A stretch of DNA of 64,000 nt from an uncultured Planctomycetales bacterium (lineage in GTDB: Bacteria > Omnitrophota > Gorgyraeia > Zapsychrales > JAHFFX01). Location: the NCBI GenBank assembly GCA_964372915.1, contig CAYJRN010000003.1, positions 16,376-80,375 on the forward strand. The letters run 5' to 3'. The notes under the pieces were generated by a model that did not search any database, was not told the origin of the DNA, and saw nothing but the letters and a program-made list of their open reading frames with translations. The position numbers and the translations under genes are program-made. Shown in pieces: positions 22,304-32,268 of this stretch (its first letter is position 1; every line of letters starts with the position of its first letter).

Positions 22304-23386
22304 ATGCCGTATCAAGTCACCTTGCTTCCCGGGGATGGCATTGGCCCGGAAGTTGCTATGGCCATGAAAAAATGCGTCGAGGCCACCGGGGTCAAGATCG
22401 ATTGGGACGAACAGCCCGTTGGGGATTTTGCCATCCAGAAATTCGGGACCCCGCTTCCGGATCAGGTTTTGGAATCCATCCGGCGCACCCAGGTCGCCAT
22501 CAAGGGGCCGATCGTGACGCCCGTCGGGAAGGGTTTTCGCTCCGTCAACGTAGCCTTGCGTCAGGCATTGGACCTTTTTGCCTGCGTCAGACCCTGCAAG
22601 TCACTCGAAGGGACGAAGTCCTGGTTCAAAAATATTGACCTTGTCATTGTTCGCGAGAACACCGAGGATCTTTACGCGGGCATCGAATTTGATTTAGGAA
22701 CGGATGCGGCTAAGAAACTCATCAAAGAAATCAACGCCTTGCAGCCTAAAGAGATCCGCGAGGATTCGGCCATTTCTATAAAACCCATTTCGGTTTTTGG
22801 GTCGCGCCGCATTGTCAAATATGCTTTTGATTATGCCGTAAAAAATAAACGACGCAAGGTGACGGCCGTGCACAAAGCCAACATCATGAAATTTTCCGAC
22901 GGGCTTTTCTTGAAGACGGCCCGCGAGCTGGCGGAAGAATACAAGGGCAAGGTCGAGTTTGAAGATGTGATCGTCGACAATATGTGCATGCAGCTGGTGC
23001 AGCGTCCCGCCTATTTTGACGTCTTGGTCTTGCCGAATCTCTACGGCGATATCATTTCGGATTTGTGCGCCGGCTTGATTGGAGGCTTGGGCGTTGCTCC
23101 CGGGGCCAACCTGGGCGACTCCATCGCTCTTTTTGAACCCGTGCATGGCGCGGCCCCCAAATACGTCGGACAAAACAAGGTGAACCCCACGGCGAGCGTT
23201 CTTTCCGGCGTTCTCATGCTGCGGCATTTGAACGAGACCAAAGCGGCCGATGCGCTGGAAAGGGCCGTCCGCGAAGTCATCAAGGAAGGCAAGTTCGTCA
23301 CCTACGATCTTAAAAGCGACCGCAATGACCCCACAGCCGTCGGGACAAGAGAAATGGCGGATGCCATCCGCCAGAAGATTCGCTGA
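22304..23386 (+). CDS. icd: Isocitrate/isopropylmalate dehydrogenase family enzyme, probably isocitrate dehydrogenase
   Basis: Start trimmed to [17 protein letters not shown], which has an AGGAG ribosome-binding site. NLYGDIISD motif. Confidence 0.75.
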   Translation: MPYQVTLLPGDGIGPEVAMAMKKCVEATGVKIDWDEQPVGDFAIQKFGTPLPDQVLESIRRTQVAIKGPIVTPVGKGFRSVNVALRQALDLFACVRPCKSLEGTKSWFKNIDLVIVRENTEDLYAGIEFDLGTDAAKKLIKEINALQPKEIREDSAISIKPISVFGSRRIVKYAFDYAVKNKRRKVTAVHKANIMKFSDGLFLKTARELAEEYKGKVEFEDVIVDNMCMQLVQRPAYFDVLVLPNLYGDIISDLCAGLIGGLGVAPGANLGDSIALFEPVHGAAPKYVGQNKVNPTASVLSGVLMLRHLNETKAADALERAVREVIKEGKFVTYDLKSDRNDPTAVGTREMADAIRQKIR

Positions 23387-23452
23387 AAAATTTCCTCATT
23401 TTCGTATATAATAATCCCTCACTCGCTGTAGGAAAAATGACGGGAGCTTGTT

Positions 23453-24106
23453 TTGATTCTTAAACTTAAAGAAGAACAATCCCTGTGTGAAATCCTGGAT
23501 CTAGGGCTTATCGACTACACCAGCGCTTGGGATTTCCAGAAAAAAACCGTGGAGCAGGTGATTCAAGGGGGCAAAGATACCTTGATCTTGTGCGAACACC
23601 CACCGGTTTTGACGCTGGGGCGTTTGGCCAAGGACAACAACATCCTTTACTCTCCAGCAGAACTGAGTCGTGAAGGCGTTAAGATCGTTCCTATCGATCG
23701 CGGCGGAGAAGTGACGCTCCACAGCCCCGGGCAACTGGTCATTTATCCCATTTTTAACCTCACCCGTTATGGGCGGGACTTAAAGGTTTTTTTAGAAACG
23801 CTGGAGCAGGTAGCCATTGATTTATTGTTGGATTTTGGTATAGTGGCTAATAGTTTACGGGGCGGGCGCGGGGTTTGGGTGAAGGAGCGCAAGATCGCTT
23901 CCATCGGGATCGGAGTTAAGAAATGGGTCTCTTTTCATGGGATGGCGATCAACGTGAATACCAATCTCGATTTGTTCAAACTCATAAAACCCTGCGGCTT
24001 GGATGTTGAAATGACCTCCCTCCAAGCATTGACGGGCCGTCCCGTGGATATGAACGCCGTTAAAAAAAGCGCCGTGAGCCACTTTAGCCGGCATTTTTCA
24101 ATCTGA
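23453..24106 (+). CDS. lipB: Octanoyltransferase LipB
   Basis: Lipoate-protein ligase B family motifs RGGEVTLHSPGQLV. Confidence 0.8.
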   Translation: MILKLKEEQSLCEILDLGLIDYTSAWDFQKKTVEQVIQGGKDTLILCEHPPVLTLGRLAKDNNILYSPAELSREGVKIVPIDRGGEVTLHSPGQLVIYPIFNLTRYGRDLKVFLETLEQVAIDLLLDFGIVANSLRGGRGVWVKERKIASIGIGVKKWVSFHGMAINVNTNLDLFKLIKPCGLDVEMTSLQALTGRPVDMNAVKKSAVSHFSRHFSI

Positions 24107-24118
24107 AAGAGATCATCC

Positions 24119-24349
24119 ATGAAGCCAGTGGTTCTTCCTGAGTTGGGAGAAGGGATCAAGACCGCAACGGTTGCCTGCTGGCACGTGAAGGTTGGCCAAC
24201 AGGTGGAAGCCGATGAGGATATTGTGGAAGTAGTGACCGACAAGGCAACCTTTAATGTTCCGGCCCCTGAAAACGGCATGATCCAAAAGATCCTTGTTCC
24301 GGAAGGCCAGGAGGTCTCTATCGGAAGTGTTCTGGCGGTCTTGCGATAA
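24119..24349 (+). CDS. Stand-alone lipoyl (biotinyl/lipoyl attachment) domain protein
   Basis: A 76-aa protein with a VVTDKAT lipoyl-lysine motif and a hybrid-barrel pattern. Confidence 0.7.
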   Translation: MKPVVLPELGEGIKTATVACWHVKVGQQVEADEDIVEVVTDKATFNVPAPENGMIQKILVPEGQEVSIGSVLAVLR

Positions 24350-24360
24350 AACCTATTCCT

Positions 24361-25596
24361 ATGTACGACTCTCATCCTCGACGGATTTTACTCATGTACA
24401 TTACCAAGGTGTCTGGCCACCGGGCGGCGACGGTGGCCATCGAACGCTCCTTGAAGCTTTTGGACCCAGCAACGGAGGTGATGAGCATCAATGGCTTCGG
24501 TTACGCGTATCCCACCTTCGAGAAGGTCGTCAACCGCGCGTATATGGGGATCATCCGCCGCACTCCCAAGGTCTGGGATTATCTTTATGACAACCCTCAA
24601 ATCGTGCGCCGTACAGAAGGGTTAAAGAACTATCTTCATAAAACCAGCCATAAAAAACTTGCCAAGCTCTTCGAACAATTTCGGCCCGACACGGTTGTCT
24701 GCACGCAGGCTTTCCCCTGCGGGATGGTGGCGGATTATAAAAGGGCCCATGGCCTCAACATCAATCTCATCGGAGTTCTGACCGATTATGCGCCGCATTC
24801 GTTCTGGCTCAATGAAGGCGTCGACTATTACGTAGTTCCTTCCGAAGATTCAAAAGAGCGGTTCCTCAAGAAAGGGATTCCTGCCGAGCGTATCAAGGTT
24901 TATGGCATCCCTACCCACGCCAATTTTTCTATCCACAAAGACAGGAATATCATCGCGCGAAAATTAGGTTTTGACGCACAAATCCCCGTACTGCTTATCA
25001 TGGGCGGAGGACAGGGCCTGGGTCCCATCAAAGATGTGGTCAAATCGCTGCTTAAACTTAAGAAGGAATTACAACTCATTGTGATTGCCGGCGTCAATAA
25101 AAAGCTCATTAAGTGGCTCAACAAGACTGCTTTAAGAAGTGAGAAGAAGATGAGGGTATTTGAATATGTGGATAATGTGGATGAGTTGATGGACGTGGCT
25201 TCTCTTATTATCACCAAGCCCGGCGGGATGACAACCTCCGAATGCCTTGCCAAGGGACTGCCCATGGTGATCATCAATCCCCTGCCGGGCCAGGAAATGC
25301 GCAATACCGATTTTCTTCTTGAGAAAGGGATTGCTTTGAGGGTGCATAAAACCGACGATATCGGAGAGGAAGTGGAACTGCTTTTGAAGAGTCCCCACAA
25401 CTTGCAGTCTATGCGTCAAGCGGCTCTTTTAAACGGTCGTCCGCACGCGGCGATGGATATCGCCCGATTGATCCTGTATGCCAAGCCCGGGGCAAAGGCC
25501 TTAAGGGGGGTAGGCACATCTTTACACCGTGAATTTCCGCAAGATCAACAGATTCAACTGCGTGATGCTCCCCAAGACAAACCGGTAGATGTTTAA
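24361..25596 (+). CDS. GT28-family glycosyltransferase (MGDG synthase / UgtP-like)
   Basis: N-terminal G..GH motif (KVSGHRAA) and a C-terminal MurG-like domain. Confidence 0.7.
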   Translation: MYDSHPRRILLMYITKVSGHRAATVAIERSLKLLDPATEVMSINGFGYAYPTFEKVVNRAYMGIIRRTPKVWDYLYDNPQIVRRTEGLKNYLHKTSHKKLAKLFEQFRPDTVVCTQAFPCGMVADYKRAHGLNINLIGVLTDYAPHSFWLNEGVDYYVVPSEDSKERFLKKGIPAERIKVYGIPTHANFSIHKDRNIIARKLGFDAQIPVLLIMGGGQGLGPIKDVVKSLLKLKKELQLIVIAGVNKKLIKWLNKTALRSEKKMRVFEYVDNVDELMDVASLIITKPGGMTTSECLAKGLPMVIINPLPGQEMRNTDFLLEKGIALRVHKTDDIGEEVELLLKSPHNLQSMRQAALLNGRPHAAMDIARLILYAKPGAKALRGVGTSLHREFPQDQQIQLRDAPQDKPVDV

Positions 25597-26452
25597 ATTC
25601 CTTATTTATAAGTTTGGGCAATTCTGCGTCAATCATCTTCCCTTGAAGGTTTCCTACCACATTGCCATGTTTATGTCTGATCTACAGTACTGGTTGTCGC
25701 CCCGCGATCGCCGGGCCGTGAGAAACAATTTACGGATTATCGTCAAAGACAAAGCGGATATCTCGCGGCTGACCAAAGAAGTCTTTCGAAATTTCGGCAA
25801 ATACCTCGTGGAATTCTTTCGGATGGCCGGTAACGTCGATGAAAAATACATTCAAAAAAATGTTGAGATCCGGAATGTCGACCGGATCGATCGCGTTTTA
25901 AAAAAGGGTAAAGGCGGCATTGTTCTCACCGCCCACATCGGTAACTGGGAGCTGGGAGCGGTGATCCTATCCCGTTTAGGATATCCTTTGACCGCGATCG
26001 CTTTGCCGCATAAAGAACGCCCCGTCAACGATCTGTTTAACGCGCAAAGAGAGATTCATGGCGTCACCGTCATCCCCACCAACATCGCGATTCGTCGTTG
26101 CCTGGAAACCTTAAAAGAGAATAAATTGGTGGCTCTGCTGGCGGACCGGGACTTTGGCCACAATGGCGAAGAGATGGAGTTCTTAACCCGTAAAGCCATT
26201 CTTCCCAAAGGCGCGGCTATCTTTTCTTTGAAGACCGGGGCCCCAATCATCCCAACCTTCTTGATCCGGCAAAAGGATGATCGCTTCACCCTGATGGTGG
26301 AAGAACCCATTACTCCTCCTTTGTGTGAGCCCGGCGAGGTGGCAAAAGAAATTTTTGTTCCCTTGATGCGTCAATATACGACGATCATCGAAGAAAGAAT
26401 CAAACAGTTCCCATCACAGTGGCTTATGTTCAGGGAATTCTTTATCCGATGA
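25589..26452 (+). CDS. Lysophospholipid / lipid A (LpxL-HtrB-like) acyltransferase
   Basis: AHIGNWE motif of the LPLAT family. Confidence 0.7.
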   Translation: MFKFLIYKFGQFCVNHLPLKVSYHIAMFMSDLQYWLSPRDRRAVRNNLRIIVKDKADISRLTKEVFRNFGKYLVEFFRMAGNVDEKYIQKNVEIRNVDRIDRVLKKGKGGIVLTAHIGNWELGAVILSRLGYPLTAIALPHKERPVNDLFNAQREIHGVTVIPTNIAIRRCLETLKENKLVALLADRDFGHNGEEMEFLTRKAILPKGAAIFSLKTGAPIIPTFLIRQKDDRFTLMVEEPITPPLCEPGEVAKEIFVPLMRQYTTIIEERIKQFPSQWLMFREFFIR

Positions 26453-27207
26453 AAGTTTGCGTTCTTATCCCGGCGTTGAACGAATCCTTGACGATTGGTC
26501 GGATTGTGGAGGATGTGAAAAAACTTTTTTTAGCACCGCCCATGCCGGCTAATAGCGAGGATGTGGGTGGCGGTCCCAGGGTCTCTGATCTTGATAAAAA
26601 GATAGTTGTAGAGGCCTTGGATGTGGTGGTCATTGATGACGGTTCCACGGACGATTCCGCGCAAATGGCTCAAAAGAAGGGGGCGGTTGTCATCCGGCAC
26701 GCCCAAAGACAGGGCAAGGGACAGTCGTTGCGGGACGGATTTGAGTACGCGTTAAAAGAGAGTTATGATTGTGTCGTTACGATGGACGGCGACGGACAGC
26801 ACGATACGGCGGACCTTGAAAGGTTTATTCAGAAGGCCCAAGAGCATCCCAACTCCATTGTGACCGGAACCCGGATGGAGAATCCTCAAGGGATGCCGCC
26901 GGTCCGTCGCATGACCAACCGCTTCATGTCCTGGTTGATCTCTCTCGCCTGCAAACAAAAGGTCCCCGACACGCAGTGCGGGTATCGGTTGATCAGTTGC
27001 GAGATCTTAAAAGCCATCCAGATCAGTTCTTCGGACTATGAGATCGAGACCGAGGTGTTGATGAAGGCCGCCAAGAAGGGTTTCAAAATTTATTCGGTTC
27101 CCATTAAGACAATCTACCGTAACGAAAAGAGCAAAGTTCATCCCATCGTTGATACGGTCCGTTTTTTTAATTATTTTTTTAGGGAATTGTGGACTTCCAA
27201 CTCTTAA
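26449..27207 (+). CDS. Family 2 glycosyltransferase (DPM-synthase-like)
   Basis: DDGSTD motif and a DGDGQH motif. Confidence 0.7.
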   Translation: MKVCVLIPALNESLTIGRIVEDVKKLFLAPPMPANSEDVGGGPRVSDLDKKIVVEALDVVVIDDGSTDDSAQMAQKKGAVVIRHAQRQGKGQSLRDGFEYALKESYDCVVTMDGDGQHDTADLERFIQKAQEHPNSIVTGTRMENPQGMPPVRRMTNRFMSWLISLACKQKVPDTQCGYRLISCEILKAIQISSSDYEIETEVLMKAAKKGFKIYSVPIKTIYRNEKSKVHPIVDTVRFFNYFFRELWTSNS

Positions 27208-27848
27208 GAGAAGAGATGTTACGGACAATCGCCCGATACGGCGTGAGTGATAAAGCTGTCCTTAAGGCGATGCGCGAGGTTCCCCGTCATGAATTCGTTC
27301 CAGCGGACAAACGGCCGATGGCTTATGAAGATCGGCCGCTGCCCATCGGCTATGAGCAAACCATTTCTCAGCCTTACATGGTCGCCCTCATGAGCGCGTC
27401 TTTAGAACTTAAGGAAACCGATACCGTTCTTGAGATCGGGACCGGCTCCGGTTATCAATCTGCCGTGCTTTCTAAGATTTGCCGGGAGGTTTGTACGGTG
27501 GAGCGGATCCCGGAATTATCTTTTACCGCGGAAAAATTATTTAAAAGACTGGGGATAAAAAATATTCAATGCTGCATTTCCGATGGGACCCAAGGGTGTC
27601 TCGCTGGTGGCGAGACAGGGAAACGTCTTTTTGAGGGAATCATGATAACGGCGGCGGCCGGCAATATTCCGGAACAGCTGCTCAATCAATTGGCGCCAGG
27701 AGGGCGGATGGTCATTCCCCTAGGAGATTTTTCCGGGCAGGTCCTTACCCTCATTACGCGTGAGGAAAATCGTTTTGAGCAAAAAGAAATTTGCCGTTGC
27801 GTTTTCGTGCCGCTCATAGGAAAATTCGGGTTAAAAATTCATGAGTAA
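27189..27848 (+). CDS. pcm: Protein-L-isoaspartate O-methyltransferase
   Basis: VLEIGTGSGYQSAVL SAM-binding motif. Confidence 0.85.
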   Translation: MDFQLLREEMLRTIARYGVSDKAVLKAMREVPRHEFVPADKRPMAYEDRPLPIGYEQTISQPYMVALMSASLELKETDTVLEIGTGSGYQSAVLSKICREVCTVERIPELSFTAEKLFKRLGIKNIQCCISDGTQGCLAGGETGKRLFEGIMITAAAGNIPEQLLNQLAPGGRMVIPLGDFSGQVLTLITREENRFEQKEICRCVFVPLIGKFGLKIHE

Positions 27849-28557
27849 TGTTATGAGCTATTCACGGGATCCTTCCATTTTTGAGAATCGTGTTTTTAGG
27901 TATTCGCTTTTCTTTTCTCTTCTGGTGCATGCTCTGCTTCTCACCCGAATTTCTTACAACATCGTTCGACACGCTCCCAGAAGCGCCAAACCCATCCAAG
28001 TGATGTATGAAAAGGCCCAACCCCCAATCAAGGCCGAGCCAAGGAAAGAACCTCCCCAAGAATTAAAGAGGATTAAAGAAGAAAAATTGCAAAATACCTC
28101 CAACCTTTTTCCAAAAGAATCGTCATTTTCCCCGGTACTCAGAGATGTCAAGAAGGCCACCGAAGGGATCAAGCTGTCGGAGAAAAACACGCCGCTCTAC
28201 CGTCCAACGGTGGAGAGGCGCGTCAGTGTTCCGCCCTTGAAGTCCGAAAAGATCAATAATCCCGTTTACCTCAATTACTATCAGCTCGTGCGCAACCGCA
28301 TTAAGGGCGAGGCGTACAAGAACTATTCGGAGTACGACTCCGGCAAAGTGTACCTCGCGTTTGTTTTGCTTTCCAATGGAACGCTCAAGCAAATCAATCT
28401 TATCGAAGAGAAAACCGATGCCAACGCGTATTTACGCAATATCGGTCTTAAAAGCATAAAAAACTCGACGCCATTTCCACCTTTTCCTGAGAATCTGAAA
28501 TATCCGGAATTGTCCTTTAATGTCGTGATTTCTTTTGAGGTGAGTGAAGGCCGGTAA
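27841..28557 (+). CDS. TonB-like energy transducer
   Basis: Inferred from an N-terminal TM segment, a Pro/Lys-rich spacer and a C-terminal TonB-like domain. Confidence 0.5.
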   Translation: MSNVMSYSRDPSIFENRVFRYSLFFSLLVHALLLTRISYNIVRHAPRSAKPIQVMYEKAQPPIKAEPRKEPPQELKRIKEEKLQNTSNLFPKESSFSPVLRDVKKATEGIKLSEKNTPLYRPTVERRVSVPPLKSEKINNPVYLNYYQLVRNRIKGEAYKNYSEYDSGKVYLAFVLLSNGTLKQINLIEEKTDANAYLRNIGLKSIKNSTPFPPFPENLKYPELSFNVVISFEVSEGR

Positions 28558-28685
28558 ACACACAGGAAACAGTTTCCAACTCAAAGAGGAAGGCGGGCGC
28601 AGAGGCTTTAAAATAAAAATTCGAATTTGTAGGAGATGGAATCTGAAAGTCAATTTTAAGGGTTAGAATAATCTAATCGAACCCT

Positions 28686-28904
28686 ATGGAAAAGCTGTTG
28701 ACCATTCAGCAGGTTAGTGATCTCTTGCAGGTAAGCCGGTCTCTGGTTTATAAGTGGGTGCATTATGATTTCGTGCCTTATGTCAAAATAGGAAGTGTAT
28801 TGAGGTTCAAAGAATCTGAATTGAACAGATGGCTCAAAAATAAAGAGCATAAAGGCCGGGTGCAGTATCGAATTGATACAGAAACATTGACGGCAAGTTT
28901 TTAA
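28686..28904 (+). CDS. Excisionase/AlpA-family helix-turn-helix DNA-binding protein
   Basis: LTIQQVSDLLQVSRSLVYKWV motif in an AT-rich islet. Confidence 0.6.
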   Translation: MEKLLTIQQVSDLLQVSRSLVYKWVHYDFVPYVKIGSVLRFKESELNRWLKNKEHKGRVQYRIDTETLTASF

Positions 28905-28920
28905 TCTGTTGACCTTTTAA

Positions 28921-29436
28921 CGGCCTGCCATTAAAATAATCGCCGTGATTAATAAAAATAACAATTATGCTTTTATCGACAGCCAAAATCTGAACCTCGG
29001 CATCAAAGAGTAAGGATGGAGTCTGGATTTTAAAAGGTTTCGGGTTTATCTTCAAGAAAAATACGGCATTACAAGAGCCTTTTTATTTATTGGTTATATC
29101 CCAACGAATCAAAGCCTATACACGACGTTGCAGTCATTTGGCTATATTCTGGTTTTTAAACCGACATTGCAGGGGGCAAAAGGAAAGATCAAGGGAAATG
29201 TTGACGCTGAACTTGTTTTGAATGCTATGAAAGAAATCCCGAATTATGACAAGGCGCTTATTGTCTCCGGCGATGGGGATTTTTGCTGTTTGATTGAGTA
29301 TCTGAAAAAGATGAACAAACTTTTAAACCTGATGATCCCCGATGTAAATCAGTATTCTTCGCTGCTGCGAAAATTTAGCCAGGATATTGTTTTTATGAAT
29401 AATTTGCGTGGAAAATTGGAATACAAGAAGGCATAA
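28921..29436 (+). pseudogene. NYN-domain (LabA-like) nuclease gene, decayed
   Basis: The NYN N-terminus IKIIAVI...FIDSQNL has no ATG (ATT sits where the start is expected). An in-frame TAA at 29011-29013 interrupts the otherwise continuous NYN sequence. Confidence 0.6.
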
Positions 29437-29572
29437 AAAAGAGAGGCATCGCCGCGGGACGGAACCCTTTGGATAGCCTCTCATCGTGATACGGTATAAA
29501 TATAGCACGTTTTGAATGAAGGTCAAGAATTTAATTTAGTGCCCAAAAGGTGCCCATCGGAAGTGAAAAAGT

Positions 29573-29607
29573 TGTATAATCTTGTATAAAGTTGTATAAA
29601 GGGTGGA
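29573..29607. repeat. Tandem TTGTATAA(A/T)(G/C) x3 repeats upstream of the DUF1844 gene
   Basis: ttgtataatc ttgtataaag ttgtataaag read directly; may be a promoter or iteron. Confidence 0.4.
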
Positions 29608-29665
29608 AAGTTTCTTCATCGATGCTATTCTAGACGAGCATTTTCATTGAAAAGGGATAGGAAAA

Positions 29666-30055
29666 ATGTCTGACGAAGAAAAATACGTCGATGAGTCCTG
29701 GAAAGACTCTATCGCGCAAGAAAAAATGAAGGAGCCGGAAGTCCTTGTCAAGAAGGATGAGGAAAAGGAACCTCTGTCGAAGGAATCTCTGCCGACGGAA
29801 ATTAATTTCCTGGATTACATCACGAGCCTGGCGTTCCAGGCGATGATTTTTTTAGGGGAGGTGCCTCACCCGGCCACCAACGCCGTCGAAAAAGATTTGC
29901 GCCAGGCCAAGGTCCTCATTGACACGCTTCTACTCTTGCGCGGCAAGACGAAAGGCAACTTGAGCCCGGAAGAAAACGACACGCTCAATGCGGCTCTTTA
30001 CGAACTGCAGATGCGTTTTGTAGAATTGGCCCAGAAAAAGGGAACGCCTCAATGA
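29666..30055 (+). CDS. DUF1844-family hypothetical protein
   Basis: FLGE...KTKGNLSPEE pattern typical of that family. Confidence 0.5.
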   Translation: MSDEEKYVDESWKDSIAQEKMKEPEVLVKKDEEKEPLSKESLPTEINFLDYITSLAFQAMIFLGEVPHPATNAVEKDLRQAKVLIDTLLLLRGKTKGNLSPEENDTLNAALYELQMRFVELAQKKGTPQ

Positions 30056-30207
30056 TCGACAAACAATTGTTGGCGATCCTGGCCTGCCCGGCTTGTCAGG
30101 GCGATGTGGTGTTAAAAGAGGAAAGGATTGTTTGCCTCACATGCGGACGGAAGTACCCAATCAAGAACGGAATTCCCGTCATGCTCACCGATGAGGCGGA
30201 AAAATAA
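30052..30207 (+). CDS. Trm112/UPF0434 zinc-ribbon protein
   Basis: Hand-translated as [18 protein letters not shown]...[18 protein letters not shown]; not in the ORF track. Confidence 0.7.
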   Translation: MIDKQLLAILACPACQGDVVLKEERIVCLTCGRKYPIKNGIPVMLTDEAEK

Positions 30208-30209
30208 TC

Positions 30210-30650
30210 ATGAAAAAAATTCTTGTCATCCACGGCCCTAACCTCAACCTCCTGGGAACCCGGGAACAAGAGATTTATGGACAGACGACCCTCTCGGAAG
30301 TCAATCAAATGCTTACGACCCAAGCCGGGGCCCAAGGTGTGACGCTCAAATTCTTCCAATCGAATCATGAAGGCGAGATTGTCGATTGTATCCAAAAGGC
30401 CAAAGAGGAGGGGGTCGGCGCCATTCTCATTAATCCGGCCGCCTATACCCACACGAGCGTGGCCATCCGTGATGCTCTCCTGGCGGTCAACATCCCGACG
30501 GTGGAGGTGCATTTGTCCAATATTCACGCCCGCGAGGATTTTCGTCGTACCTCGCTCATCGCCTCGGTGGTCAAGGGTCAGGTGGCGGGATTTGGCGTCC
30601 AAAGTTATGCCTTGGGGCTAGAGGCCGCCGTCGCCCTTCTTAAAACCTGA
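30210..30650 (+). CDS. aroQ: 3-dehydroquinate dehydratase type II
   Basis: [17 protein letters not shown]-terminus. Confidence 0.9.
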   Translation: MKKILVIHGPNLNLLGTREQEIYGQTTLSEVNQMLTTQAGAQGVTLKFFQSNHEGEIVDCIQKAKEEGVGAILINPAAYTHTSVAIRDALLAVNIPTVEVHLSNIHAREDFRRTSLIASVVKGQVAGFGVQSYALGLEAAVALLKT

Positions 30651-30665
30651 TGGCCCATAAGAACC

Positions 30666-31712
30666 GTGAATCTTCGGATCAAAAAACTTATCTCTTGGTT
30701 TGCCGCCTTTTCCCTCGACGCTTATCTGGTTACTAAAGACGTCAACATCCGTTACTTGACCGGTTTTCCCGCCAGCGAATCGTGGCTCCTCGTCACTCCT
30801 AAAAAGTCTTACTACATCACCGATTCCCGTTATGTCTTGGAAGCACAAAAAAGTTTGAAGGGAATCCCGGTCAAGCGCTACACCGCTTCGATGTCCAAAA
30901 CTTTGTTTGATCTTATGAAGGCCCTCAAGCTGAGGGCCTTGGGGTTGGATGAACATCATGTGTCCCTGGCGCTTTACCGCAACCTTAAGAAATACCGCCC
31001 CAAGAATGTTCAGCTCAAGACAGTCAATTCTTTGGTAGAAAATTTACGGGAAATTAAGGACACTCATGAGATTGGGCAAATCCGTAAGGCGCTTAAGGTG
31101 CACTTAGAAGCTTATGATTTTTTGAAAGGCGTTATCAAGCCGGGAGTAAGCGAGCAACAGGTTTTTCAAAAGCTGGAACAATTTGTGAAAGCCAAAGGCG
31201 TTGCTTTTTCTTTTGACCCCATCATCGCTTCCGGCCCCAATTCCTGTCTGCCGCACGCTAAAATAACGACGCGGAAAATCCGCAACAACGAATCCGTTCT
31301 CGTCGACATCGGGATCGATATGGGCGGCTATAAGTCCGACTTGACACGTATATTCTTTTTAGGTAAAATACCCCACCTTGTTCGAGAAATTTATCAAACT
31401 GTCAGTGTCGCGCAGAAAAAAGCGATTGCGAAAATTCAAGCAGGTGTCAAGGTCTCGGCCGTTGATGAACAGGCGCGTAACTATTTAAAGAGCAAATCTT
31501 TAAGCCGATTTTTCGGTCATTCTTTGGGGCATGGAGTAGGCTTGGAGATCCATGAAGCCCCCAGGCTTGCTTCCAGTAATCCTGCCATCTTGAAGGAAAA
31601 TATGGTTGTGACCGTTGAGCCTGCCGTTTACCTGCCGAATAAGTTTGGGATTAGAATAGAAGATATGGTTTTAGTCACGCGGGAAGGATGTGAGGTGTTG
31701 AGTGGGGTTTGA
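30666..31712 (+). CDS. Xaa-Pro aminopeptidase (M24B)
   Basis: HGVGLEIHE metal-binding motif. Confidence 0.8.
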   Translation: MNLRIKKLISWFAAFSLDAYLVTKDVNIRYLTGFPASESWLLVTPKKSYYITDSRYVLEAQKSLKGIPVKRYTASMSKTLFDLMKALKLRALGLDEHHVSLALYRNLKKYRPKNVQLKTVNSLVENLREIKDTHEIGQIRKALKVHLEAYDFLKGVIKPGVSEQQVFQKLEQFVKAKGVAFSFDPIIASGPNSCLPHAKITTRKIRNNESVLVDIGIDMGGYKSDLTRIFFLGKIPHLVREIYQTVSVAQKKAIAKIQAGVKVSAVDEQARNYLKSKSLSRFFGHSLGHGVGLEIHEAPRLASSNPAILKENMVVTVEPAVYLPNKFGIRIEDMVLVTREGCEVLSGV

Positions 31713-32268
31713 CATCAACGACATTAAAGGCGGAATAGCTCTATTGATTAACGGGGAAGCTTGGATGGTGGTCGAAGCCCATCATATCAAGCCAGGGAAA
31801 GGGGCGGCTTTTGTCCGGGCGAGGCTCAAGAATTTAAAGACCGATCTGGTCAATGAAAAAACCTTTCGAAATTCCGATAAAGTGGAAGAGGCCGTACTCG
31901 AGGAACGAAGATTGATCTACCAATACAGCGCCGGCGACACCTATCACTTTATGGATAAAGAGACATATGAGGAGACGGCCGTTTCCAAAGAATTCTTGGG
32001 CGATGCCATCAAATTTCTTCAAGACAGCATGGAAGTGTTTGCCGTATTTTATAATCATAAGATCCAAAGGATCTATCTGCCTAATTTCATCGTGACACAA
32101 ATCACAGAAAGTGAGCCCGGGATTAAAGGCGATTCCTCGAAATCCGGAGGTAAACCCGCCAAGATTGACACCGGGACACAGGTGTCGGTCCCGCTATTCA
32201 TCAATATCGGAGATTGGGTCAAAATTGACACTCGGGATGGTTCTTACGTCGAAAGGGTACAAAAATGA
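31702..32268 (+). CDS. efp: Elongation factor P
   Basis: KPGKGAAFVRARLKNL motif; GTG start. Confidence 0.9.
   Translation: MGFDINDIKGGIALLINGEAWMVVEAHHIKPGKGAAFVRARLKNLKTDLVNEKTFRNSDKVEEAVLEERRLIYQYSAGDTYHFMDKETYEETAVSKEFLGDAIKFLQDSMEVFAVFYNHKIQRIYLPNFIVTQITESEPGIKGDSSKSGGKPAKIDTGTQVSVPLFINIGDWVKIDTRDGSYVERVQK

Noticed and set aside
22157-23386. icd start inside pilT
   Set aside because: The upstream 49 codons are out-of-frame pilT. The conserved IDH N-terminus and an AGGAG RBS are at 22304.
24294-24590. ORF overlapping the lipoyl-domain gene and the glycosyltransferase start
   Set aside because: It is out of frame with two better-supported genes and has no homology features.
29573-29607. 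TTGTATAA tandem repeats as a CRISPR array
   Set aside because: Units are only 10 bp and directly abut with no spacers. There are no cas genes in the window.
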